DNA of 20,000 nucleotides from Perkinsus olseni (Eukaryota): NCBI GenBank assembly GCA_013115125.1, contig JABANN010000114.1, positions 49,864 to 69,863 of the forward strand, read 5' to 3'. Shown piece by piece: positions 10,001 to 20,000 of this stretch (position 1 is its first letter; each line of letters starts with the position of its first letter). The notes under the pieces were generated by a model. It saw only the letters and a program-made list of their open reading frames with translations, ran no database searches and was not told where the DNA came from. The position numbers and the translations under genes were made by a program.

Positions 10001-10537
10001 CTCACGTTATTCCTGGCCGCTGGTATCAGAGTCCCTCTAAGCATGACGACCTCATTCCATTGGAATGTTGCAACATCCAGAACATAGAGGTCATTGAGTG
10101 CCTGTGTAGTAGTCCCGCCTGGAACGCAGCCGAGCGCAGTGTTAGCCCTGCCTTCTTGCCATTCCAGCCACCGAAGATATAAAGATTGCCGTCTATGACG
10201 TCGCAGGAGTGAGCTGCCCGGGGACCTGACAGAAAAACGGCGGCATCAAGCTGACCTCGCTGTAAGCTGCGGATACCTGGATCATCCGTGGTTGACGGGA
10301 CGGACCACAGCCGCCGCTTGTCAGATGTCCAGGACTCGCCTTCCTGCCGCGGAGTGAAACCGCTGCAGCTGTCACCAACACTCCCTAAAGGAGGGGACCG
10401 AAGTACTCGTAGTGCCGCAGTAGCCGCGACAGCCTACCCGACACGGCGGTCCCGGAGCCTCCTCGGAATGCGCCGCCAGAGTCGCCGTCACCATCCGGGC
10501 CCAACCCCCAGTGACCTTCACTCTCCCGGCTCAGCAT
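7097..10537 (-). CDS. Kelch-repeat + BTB/POZ protein (LZTR1-like Cullin-3 adaptor), multi-exon
   Basis: Kelch blades: GPRAAHSCDVIDGNLYIFGGWNGKK|ALNDLYVLD, ARNN..VDGRLFVHGGHDGGKWLADTH, YMFGGYDG, MARNAHTMTVV..KLYLFGGHSGNKHLTDLHVFD, LRGHTANLIGRKIFLFGGYDG, KLFVFGGFDGIRWLNDLHVLD. Then BTB (NNPEFSDVTLL..IYAHKAIL..MLEFLYTG) and a BACK-like tail (ADHYALDGLKHLC..VDNVC). ATG at 10537 is inferred. Confidence 0.88.
9591..9623 (-). repeat. Interrupted (CAG)n microsatellite encoding QQQQQQHQQQQ inside the Kelch-BTB gene
   Basis: Plus strand ctgctgctgctggtgctgctgctgctgctgttg. The splice-consistent minus frame reads ...AVLYTQQQQQQHQQQQSGG. Confidence 0.75.
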
Positions 10538-10843
10538 AGACTAATATGATCACAAAAAACTGCGCCCAGAAGATTCGACGAAAACAACGGTAAGGCATGT
10601 CCAAAGCCCCCGAGCAGCGACGCCTATGGTCGCAAATATACAAAGCGGCCTCTCCCAAAGTGATAACTTAACAGAGCTCAGCCTGGTGATAACATCAACA
10701 TCGCACACTGTCCGAAGGGCCTTGATACGCATGAAGCGGGCTGCAAGACCTCCGATATTTACTGCCTTATCAACGTTGTTGCGGTAATGCTGCCTCCGTC
10801 AAGGGTGGGAGAGGAGAGTCCCTGAGGCAGGGTAATCGATCAC

Positions 10844-13135
10844 TCATCGACCGTCATTGAGTTGATCAGAGACCATCATCGACTGGCCGAAGTAGTCGAG
10901 AGAACAGAGAAAGCGAATCCCCACCTTGATGCTGAAGGCCGTAGTTCTAGCCCGGCGAACGGGCCGCATTTCCTCTCCTATCTCATCCAATAGTGTACCA
11001 GCGGCGGCCACCTTCGTTCTGACGGACCGCCATCTAGCCGATGGGTCTTCCTCCAAGGCCTCATCCAAGTCTGTGTCAGCTACACACACCAACAGGTCAG
11101 GCACACATCAAGAGCTAAGGCACTGCGGATCGATCGAGGCAGTAAATGCCTCGGCCCAGAGAGCAAGAACAGAGCCTCACATTTCACGCTCCGCCTCCGC
11201 TCCCTGAATGCTGCAACATGACGCGTCCTCTCAATCTGCCTCAATATGGACGCCAGCCTGAGCAGGAGGAAGTCATACCGACAAAAGCACAGGAATGACA
11301 CTGGCCTACTTGAGCCACATGGGGAGGTCCATGTAGCCTCGATGATCACTATCTAACCAGACAAACAGCCGATGGTACCACTCAGGGTCGTAAGGGCTGC
11401 CAACACCCATAAAAACGGCGATACCTGGTAGTTAGTAAGCATCATAGCTATCCACGTCGGAACATCTTACTTCTAGAAAATTCCTCCTTGCTAAGCTCGC
11501 CCCTACACCCTTCGTCAAGCTCCACGAAGACCTTCGCTAGGCTGGCTTCTGACGGCTTAGTCAGGCTAACGATGGTTTGCGGATCTGACGGAGCGGCCGA
11601 GAGACAATATCACCACTAGGGACGGCTGGCAGAGATAACCACCTAGAGCGCTATGATCAGCTTTCCGGAGTAGATCCGCAGGTAGATCATCCCCACGGTT
11701 CATGACATCTCTGATGAAGTTCACCAGACAGTCATCGTCGACTGAGTCCACTACAGAAACCTACGAGGACAACGCTTAGCCTCAACCAGGAACAAGAGTG
11801 CAGCCCACTTCCCCTGCGCCGCCTTCCGCTGCCCTCGACGCTACACCGCGGTCCTCACGAGCGTTGAAGAGGCCTTTAAGGTCCGACACTAGCCTCTGCG
11901 TACCTGAAACGAACGGAGGATCGTCACTAGCGGAAGGCCATCCAGTAGGCAGCAACGCAAAGAGGACCCTACTTATGCTTTTTCTGGATTCTTTGAAGTG
12001 ATTGACAAGTTCCGTGGGACCTGACATCAGAGCAGTGCAGTGAGTACTGAATAGGGCACTAAGCTCAACCATACCTGTTCCTGGGCCTGGACGCAGCAGC
12101 TCCATCATATCCTTCAGTGCACGAGTATGATCTCGCGTACCAGCCTCATCTGAGTACCACTCCAACCTCATCTTTCAAACGTCTATCCCTCGGTTCCACC
12201 TCGTGGTGAGTCGCTCCGCCGAGGGCTGCTCCTTCCTCGCTCTTCTTGCTGGCGAAGAATGACCAACGGCCTCTGATCCCGCGTCTTCATGAGCCTGACG
12301 GACAGCAGCGTCCACATCCGAAAGCTCCTATGCGACCAGCTCCTTCCAGCTGGGGCGATCTCGCGGCTCTCAGGGATGCCCACGGCTGCACGAAGTAGTA
12401 TGACTTACCGCTCGTAGACAGGTAGAAGGGCGGAGTCGGATTTCTGCGGGGTCAGATAGACACTTGCACACTGTCCTCGACCGGTCCCTCGATGCTTCCT
12501 CAGCAGCGATACCCCCCTGCCCGGCAGCTCGGCACTACTACTGCATCCCAGTATATCTGGAACCTGAACGAGGGGTAACGACGACCAGTAGCCACCCGAA
12601 GTCCCACTCGGAGTTGCTCGAACTCTGATCTCACGGACAGGCCGCAGCTCGTAACCGATACGGGCTTGCCGACCTCGAGCATCCCTGCAATCAGAAACCT
12701 TGTATCCCACAGGAGCTGTACAAGTGGCCACTCTACCGTCATAACACCATTCCCTGAAAACCCTATTGTGCTGCTCCCGGAGCAGAGTCAGCTCGAGGGT
12801 ATCCATGTCCGTGTCGATGTGTTCTCGCATACGCCGACAATTCTTGCGGAAGCGGGACTTAGCTCGGGACTGAGTAAAGTACCATCTCCTATCCTACAGC
12901 GTCAACACGCGGATGCTCACAATATCGTCGTCAGTCGGCCCTCCGCCACGCAGTAACCTCGATCCAGCTCTGGCCAGAGACCCCCTCTGGCTCCGTGGGG
13001 ACGATGAGATTGACAATGCGACCGAAGGACAAACAACTTCATAACGCCACCGTCGACGGAAGAGGCGGTTCCCCTGGAGACTCCGCGGCGAAGGAGAGAA
13101 CACCAAGCCTTCAGGCATGACACCAATGTACTCAA
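10844..13135 (-). CDS. Hypothetical multi-exon protein, no recognisable domain (one gene assumed; ends uncertain)
   Basis: Chain of minus-strand coding-like segments (12917-13135, 12405-12830, 11782-12171, 11566-11751, 10844-11104) separated by minus-strand donor/acceptor signals, seen on plus as cttac/ctgac/ctac and ctg/cta. The last exon may extend to ~10760. Confidence 0.5.
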
Positions 13136-13175
13136 TAATGCAGTCTTGATAAATTGTGAATTATGTCATCGTACA

Positions 13176-14095
13176 CTACCGCTGAATTTGGTCCAAAGTG
13201 CCGATGTCTCGAGCCTCTCGGAACACCCTCCTCTCCAGGGCCTCCACCTGAGGGGACAGCAGCAGTGGGGCACGGCTAGGGTTAGATGCAAGGATGGGGA
13301 ACAGCCGTTGTGGTTGAATGATCTCACGTCATCACTGAGGTCTTCGATTGACCAGGACCCTTTTTCCTCCGGTTGCTCAGATCTAAGCAAAAGTTGGTAA
13401 CCACTGTTAGTTGACCGCGCGTGAGCACTCACCTCTCCCTGTGGGCCAACGATTCACGATACGCCTTGCACGACTCTTCGAGCCCTCTTCGGTGCTCCAA
13501 AAAGCTCACCCGTCGAGCCTCGTGTATCTGCAGTGCGACCCACTACGGCATGAGCGACCGCCAAGAAGTTTACTTTGGCCAGATGCTTTCGGCCGTGCAC
13601 CACCCCCTCGAGCACCTTCCCTTGGCGGCGCTCCAACTCCGCCAATTGGATCCGGGGAGCAAACCCGTGCATCGTCGCTGTCTCGGTATCGCCCCCCAGA
13701 GAAGGGGATGTGTTCATCGTGAGCATTCTCCACTGGGGGCCTTCACGTCCAACGGCCACAGCACCAGTCGAGCTACTCGCCACAGAAGCGGCAAGTCTGA
13801 TTCTCTCAGCAACTCGGCGCGCAGGGGGTGACCCCAGGACCGGTGGCTTCGATCGGAGCCTGTGGAGCCTTCTCCGGACACTTTGACTGCTGCATTCATC
13901 CCAGGCATCGTTCTCTTTGAACACTCCTTTGACACTAGGCGGTGGTACCCCAGCAGGCACACGAGGGCCATGGACCTTCATCGCATGGCTTGGTTCGAGC
14001 CACCTTCTATTCCGCCTCCCAGGGTTAGCACACCAACCCCTACCGGTGGCAGTGCTGCCAGAGGAGCCTCCATCCAGTGGTCGCCTGCGTATCAT
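13176..14095 (-). CDS. Hypothetical protein with basic low-complexity N-terminus and helical/coiled-coil C-terminus
   Basis: ATG at 14095. Three GT-AG introns give a frame-consistent tail ...GRKHLAK|IHEARRVSFLEHRRGLEESCKAYRESLAHRER|SEQPEEKGSWSIEDLSDD|VEALERRVFREARDIGTLDQIQR* (TAG 13176-13178). Confidence 0.6.
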
Positions 14096-14228
14096 GTCCA
14101 AGTCATCCGTAAAGCTACGTGATCCCAGAACAAACCTCAATTAATTGAGTAACACGAAGACAGTTAGGAAGCCCAAGTAGAAACGTTAGTGAACACTGAT
14201 GGAGGAACTAAGTGACAGTGGGAGATCG

Positions 14229-16015
14229 TCAAGGAGGGGAGCTGCCCAACGACCAAACAACCCTATTCTTGCCGTGGAACTTGAGCCACCCTGACTGAGC
14301 CACATGACCATCACGAGACAGCAACCACTGGACAAGCTCTGCGTGGGTCCGAACAGGTACTTGATCACCATTTTGATCGGTGATGAAACCTGAATGGCAG
14401 CCATCACGACACTCCGGGTCAGATCAGTTCGAAAGAGCTTCAAGAGATGTACTCACGATCAGTGAACTCGTCAGAGAAGACACAGCAGGGCACGATGGCG
14501 TAGGGCTTGTTGAACTGCATCGCTGCTGCTTGGAGGAAGCCGGTAGCTTGGTCAGGATGCATGCCAACCACAACACTAGGGAGCGAAACTGCGCGAGCCG
14601 ACCGAGGAAGCGACTCACCTGCAATCCCGGAAGATACCGGCCTTGGTTCGGGCATCCATCTCGTCATCCAGGAGCATCTTCAAATGCCGCGTGTGCTCTA
14701 GCCGCCACGCCACACACTTCTCCTTCGACATCTTTCCACCCATCAGCCTATTCACCAGCTGCCTCAACCTCCTCGTCGGTGCGAGGTTCTGGCGAGGGTC
14801 TATCACTGTGACAGGTATGCCTGAGATGGCATCTCCCCCTTACATGATTCTGAAAACTCGGAATCTATTCTGGTTTTGATTTTTACACGCTAAATGCGCT
14901 TACACAATCGAATCTGAGCTTCGAAATTGGTTCATTGAACACCCCTCCCCTCCATGACGCGCTGCCTTAGCCTGGCTCCCGTCGTACCCTACCTAGAGCA
15001 GCAAGCTCAACGGCGAGCTCTCCCTTCCCTCCAGCAACATCAACCACCCCGCTGCCGGACTGCAGTACAGGGAGCGTGAAGGTGTCGACAAGCCACTCTG
15101 AGAGGCGTTCCAGGGTCGGCTGTAGGTCCCTACATACTCACCGGCAAACACCCGCGCTCTGTTGGCGTGCTTCTCTTTCTCGTGCATGGCGTAGGAATCG
15201 TCAGCATGATGAGACGCCGCAGACTGAACAGTCATGTGCTCGAGGACCCTAGAGGGCGGCGGCTACCTTAGATTCCCGCATCATCTCCATGTAGTCCTTT
15301 CTCGCGCGCCCGGAAATTTGAATGTGAACATCATCACACACCTTCCTGTGGCACCTCCCGTTGTTGTTGACGAAGAACTTGCAGACCCTCTCTAGCGGAC
15401 ATGGTAGGTCCTTTAGATCGTACACTCGATCTTGCTGCTCCGGCGGTACATGCTCACCGTGGGGCGCAGTCGCCGTGTTGGTGAGAAAGCCCTTCCCTAC
15501 ATGCAATCCAAATGGGGCCAAGCAGAATGCCAACAGAGACACTCACGGCCGACGAAGGGCTCCGGACGGGCCCAAGGCTGGACTACCTCCAGCGAGCCGT
15601 CACTGTTGTCTAGTCGCACAGCTAGGGCGCCTGGTCGGCGAGTCTCCTGAACGAAGCCGACTATGCGAACCAGATCTCCGAGATGGACCGGTTTGAGAAC
15701 GGCTCGAGCGCCCTGAATTGGCGACAGTGATGCACAACGGCGTTGTCCTGAGACCTACCCCATCCACTATGATCTCCAGCGGCTCCCCACAGGACGGATC
15801 ATAGCTCATAGCCCCTGTTGACGCTTGCAGATCCACGAAGCCGCACCCCCGACCTCTAAATCGTTTGGCCACCGCTTGACCCTACAGTTATTGTCACATG
15901 AGGGTGTTGCGGCCCAGCTTAATGACCTCACTTGCACGGAGACCCTATCGCCAACCTTCCCCTTCACAACAGCCTCCCAAGCGACGGGGCCAGCCTCCGC
16001 GTCCAGCTCTCCCAT
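14229..16015 (-). CDS. Putative SAM-dependent (RNA) methyltransferase-like protein with N-terminal OB-like fold and CCCH zinc finger, multi-exon
   Basis: N-terminus VSVQ|GQAVAKRFRGRGCGFVDL is OB/anticodon-binding-like. CKFFVNNNGRCHRKVCDDVH is a CCCH finger. Methyltransferase part: RARVFA|EWLVDTF..VVDVAGGKGELAVEL (SAM motif I), VTVIDPR, VVGMHPDQAT..KPYAIVPCCVF, VRTHAELVQWL..LKFHGKNRVVW. TGA at 14229-14231. Confidence 0.8.
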
Positions 16016-16374
16016 TCGAAGGAATTGAACTGCAGAGCCGTAGACCCCAGTGACAGAGGGAACACAACAACTCAATAGCGTGATGAATACTATGCTGAGC
16101 ATGTTGACGTGAAGGGATATAATTACCTCCAGTAGCAGCCGCCAGGCTACGACGCAGCCGACCGCGTAGTGACCAACATCGGAAGGCACACAGGATGGGC
16201 TCGGCGGCTGGTCGTACAAAATATTATCGATCGCGAAATCTAGACAGCGGTAGCCTCTATAGGAGGATACCATAACCGAGCCAAGGGCTGATAGTATTGA
16301 CAATGATACACGAAAGCCTGAACAACGCAGCACTCGCCAGCAGAAACAGCGGTCGAACTCCCGCTCACCGAGGA

Positions 16375-19300
16375 TCACATCCGCCACCTCGGCTTCCCTG
16401 ACTGGGAGTTGCGGTTAAATGCTGGTGTAGGGGACGGAGCTCTGCAGAGTGGTCTATGCTATGCCGCACGAGGGGAAGCAGGGGCTACCTCCTCATGTGT
16501 CCCGTAAGGCTGCGATGTCGGACTCGGTCGAATGGCGCCCCTGCACCGACTAGACCACCTACAATGAAGGAAGGTTCCAACGGTCGACTGAAGGCATTCC
16601 TACCCTTTATGCCGCTGTGCTGCTGTTGCATCATTTGTGGTGACGGTGAGCCGGGCCTTTGGGGCCTCATACTAGGACTTGAGGGCCTAGACCTCACCGA
16701 GGGCGATGGAGGGCGATTCTGACACCCAAACACTAGAGCACTACTGATGACGAGAAGCGTTGTACATAGGAGCCTGTTGGGGAGGATCGTATGCTGCTGC
16801 CGTTCGCCAAGTTGGGCGCAGTGCTCGGCCGACGACCCACTGCCGAGCCCGGTAACCCTCGTTTGCTGAAAAAGGGCCAGAATGCTTTGCGAGACTGGAG
16901 TCAGCTCTGGACTGACCTCGGATCAAGCATACCCAACCCTCCTGAGGAACTGCCAGCACCTACACCGTTTGAACCTGAGGAGCTTTTCTTGGGCAGTCGT
17001 TCGCACTGCTTAAGCCCACCCTGGCTGCTGCGGAGGCTGCTGGACCCCATGTACTGTTGACGGAGAGAGGAAGTAGTAGCCGACCCGGCCGACGAGGACA
17101 CAGAGCCCATCAACGACCCCATGCCGCTGCTTGATGGTAGCTACGACACGACCCTACGAGTGAGGGCAAAATGAGAATGTTCCCCACTACCCCCCTGAGA
17201 CTGCGACGCTCCTGCTGCTGATGCTGCAGCTGAGGAGTTGCCGATCTCTGATAGCTCCTCATCATGGGACTGTCGGAGCGTTGATAGCTACCACCAGATG
17301 AGGAACCGTAGAACCGCTGGCTCCTGACAGGAGAGTCGCGAGCTCCCACAACAAGCTCCGAGTATCACATTACCTCGGGCTTGGGTCCCTCTGACCATAA
17401 CGATGATGATGCTGTTGCTCCCGCTCGCGTGCCGATGGTGAAGGATCCCGGCGACCCACGGAAGAGCCTGCGGACCACTCTAGGTCACCAGGTTCTTCAA
17501 GGTGCGCTACTCCTAAGAGGGTGGCTAGAACCCATAGTAGGGCTAGGTAGTCGTCGCGGTCCGTCTCCTCGACCCGACGCCCACATCTCCTGAAGCCTCG
17601 ACAAGCTGGCAACCACCCTCCCCACACTACAACTTCCCACCACTTTATTCGTCCCGCGATTCTCCGCCGCCTCCCTCGACGTCGGTGTAGCAGGTCTCCG
17701 GGAAGGCGGTGACTCTTCCGCTGTTGATGACGTCTCACACTGCACGGCATACCATAAATCCACCGAACCGTGGTCAAAAGCACTACCCATGCTCTAGTTG
17801 GTATCCTCGTACTACCAAGCCTCGATGGATGGCCAATATCTGACTTCCTCTCGATACGCGAGCGCGTGAGCCCACCAACTCACTCGATGCTCCGGCATCT
17901 CTCTCGCGGCCTCGCTCCCTCCGCAGCCCGGCTGTTTCCCCTTTCCGATCCTCCTGAAGACGGCACAACTCGCCCACTACTACTTGACGGCCTCCTGCCT
18001 GTTCAGTGCTGCCGGACAAGGCCCGTAACAAACTCCCATCCAGGCTATTCCTTCGACTCCCTCCAAGCTCCACTGAGGTGTCCAGAGCGTCCACCGAGGT
18101 CATGGTCAGCGAGGAGCTTCGCAATGATCCTAAAGGCAGGGCCAGTCGCTGCCGTTGCGCCTAATGCGGGACCCAACGTACGGTTAAGTAGTCCACCCTT
18201 GGCACTATCAGGGCTACTATCATCCGCCTGGCGGTTGGCCGCGCGACTGCCTTTCAAACAAGATTTCACCGGCGGCGCTGTCGATGGTCTTTGGGGTCGC
18301 GGTGGGTTACCCGGCACCTCCAGTCGCCCTGTCGTCGGAGCATCACCCGACCACCATGTCTCTGCTTCACTACCTTTATCATCCTCGCCAGCATCACTCC
18401 AGTCGATGCTGCGTCTGAGCGGTCCATTCACTGAGTTACTTCGCGATGGCCTGCGTAGAACCAGAAGTACCACCGAAGGTGCATGATCCAATGCGACGTC
18501 TATGGTTTATAAGGGACCATCGGCCCGTGGCGGCCCCTCAAGTACTTTTGGTCTGCCTCGCTCCGAATAGAGAGATCGGCGAGAGGACCCATCTGGCTGT
18601 TCATAAACGTGTTTCTCAGCAGGTACTCCTCAGAGTCCAGCTTGGGTGTCACCGAAGACACTACAGAGGACGAGACATTGTGCGCGTAGCCATTGTCCAC
18701 CTACGGCTCCAATCTCCCGACAACTTCATCTTCTGATATGAGATGAGTCTCCGTTCGAACGCCGCGAGCTGCTGCAGATAGCCCTGTCTCAGATTAACAT
18801 CCGGTCTTCGGGATTGAAGGAACTCCAACGTCTTCCGCATCCCCCAGCGGTACCTAAAATCCTTCTGCCTCCGAAGGAGGAATGGCCGCTACAGTGGACC
18901 CACTTCCGCATGAGGTAAGCACATAAAACCGTACACGATCTACCTTGACCACGCTCACTGTGTATTAGAACCTGCACGATGAGGGTCGGAAGACAGCCGA
19001 TGGCGAAGCTGCATCAACCTTATTACCGATTCTGCATTGTCTAACGCTTCATCGACGAACGCGGTGACTTCATCAACCACCACGTCACGGGCGTCTAGAA
19101 CTACCTTGAAAGGAAGACCGGTGACAGATCGAGTTGAGGGATCCATAGTACTTGGGAGTCATTGTCGAGCCAATAGTAAGTAAGATAGACAACTCCTATA
19201 GGCTCCCAATGGTTGGGTATCTAAGACCGTACTCCCCACCTTTCTGGCTGACATCTCTTACTTGTCTGCCACAGCAGTTGATTACATGTGTGACCTTGTT

Positions 19301-19529
19301 AGTAACCACGAACTCCAACTCCTGAATAACAGGCCCCTACTACGAATCTCTATCGGCAAATTAGAAGTCTATGAAGAGCATTCTGCTTGCTACTGCTCGT
19401 GGTCACCTGGGCAGCCATCTCGTCTCCTATGAAGAGACCGTCCTTCACTTTAACAGCACCAACGATCTCCCAGGCCCCTTGTTGGGATGGGTCATCCGAA
19501 GCTCCCCCGAGCGGCGGGGCTGCGGTCAT
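16375..19529 (-). CDS. Dual-specificity phosphatase-fold protein (catalytic Cys replaced by Ser) with long Ser/Pro/Arg/Gln-rich C-terminus, multi-exon
   Basis: DSP fold across exons: KVKDGLFIGDEMAAQ|ELEFVVTNKVTHVINCCG..|VVDEVTAFVDEAL..|VLIHSERGQGRSCTVLCAYLMRK|YRWG..TLEFLQSRRPDVNLRQGYLQQLAAFE. Low-complexity exons follow, ending ...GKPRWRM* (TGA 16375-16377). Continuity as a single gene is inferred. Confidence 0.82.
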
Positions 19530-19902
19530 TGAACTGCAACCTACCTGATGCCCAAACTTCAGTACCAATTGCGCCGAACGGATGCACCAGACGAGTTAAC
19601 CGACGGAAAAATAACGACCCTCGGGATCGAACCCGAGACTATTAAGGTCGTCGTTTCCGAAGTCGGGGGTCCCAGGTACATCATCACTCCAAGCTATGGT
19701 GAACAAGTACGCTAGCACCCACGCATGTTACAATGTGATAATCATATCAGCACGAATTATCATGATCAGTTGATATCCATCCTTCCCCGTAACGTAAACT
19801 CAACAAAGATGAAGTCAGAGAGACGCGGATGATTCCCCCGCGATAAGCGATATTATAAACTAGACATAGCAACAGAATTATACTGTGGGACACCAGAGAG
19901 GA

Positions 19903-20000
19903 TTACATCAGTGCGAGTCCCTTGGAAGCACCAATACGAGTGGCACCAGCAGCAACGAGATCATCCATCTCCTGCTTGGTGTGGATACCACCAGCGGCCT
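19903..20000 (-). CDS. deoC: Deoxyribose-phosphate aldolase, C-terminal fragment (partial)
   Basis: Not in the ORF track. Minus strand reads AAGGIHTKQEMDDLVAAGATRIGASKGLALM* (TAA 19903-19905), matching the DeoC C-terminal motifs (K)AxGGI(R/H)T and GAxRIGAS. Confidence 0.85.
   Translation of the reverse strand, partial: AAGGIHTKQEMDDLVAAGATRIGASKGLALM

Noticed and set aside
14279-14305. TGGCTCAAG on the minus strand (also near 11309), resembling the 3' end of the perkinsid/dinoflagellate spliced leader
   Set aside because: Only ~9 nt match, the CCGTAGCCAT 5' part is absent, and the site lies in coding sequence.
16016-16387. Upstream part of the 193-aa ORF 15806-16387 as N-terminus of the methyltransferase
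   Set aside because: It overlaps the stop and 3' UTR of the pseudophosphatase gene and looks non-coding. The Met at 16015, preceded by a tgcag acceptor-like site, is the more plausible start.
17770-18486. 238-aa plus-strand ORF, and similar antisense ORFs at 9682-10182, 13421-13831 and 14380-14811
   Set aside because: Antisense shadows of GC-rich minus-strand exons. Splice signals and conserved motifs are all on the minus strand.
19604-19680. tRNA gene suggested by GGTTCGATCCC
   Set aside because: No D arm or anticodon arm, and the stem closes a 6-nt rather than 7-nt loop. Kept only as a hairpin finding.
1-20000. CRISPR arrays, prokaryotic operons, transposase or reverse-transcriptase genes
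   Set aside because: No repeat-spacer periodicity or mobile-element protein motifs were seen, and the DNA is intron-rich eukaryotic sequence.

Overview
Gene-dense eukaryotic DNA with many short (~45-55 nt) spliceosomal introns. This style and the proteins suggest a Perkinsus-like alveolate, which is an inference. The window starts with the 3' end of one plus-strand gene (1-138). Ten genes then follow head-to-tail on the minus strand, listed by increasing coordinate: phosphoglycolate phosphatase (HAD-IIA), mitochondrial 3-hydroxyisobutyryl-CoA hydrolase, selenoprotein K, an SLC35F-family transporter, a Kelch+BTB (LZTR1-like) protein, two hypothetical proteins, an OB-fold/CCCH/SAM-methyltransferase-like protein, a Cys->Ser dual-specificity pseudophosphatase, and the 3' end of deoxyribose-phosphate aldolase. 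The main result, hidden from the ORF track, is a four-exon selenoprotein K gene (4093-4838, minus). Its 17-nt last exon encodes ...GG-Sec-CG-stop (UGA at 4102-4104), and a type II SECIS hairpin (4002-4068) sits unusually close downstream. The gene also has an oversized, structured 305-nt intron that may host an ncRNA. Gene models were spliced by eye, so internal boundaries of the long genes are approximate.
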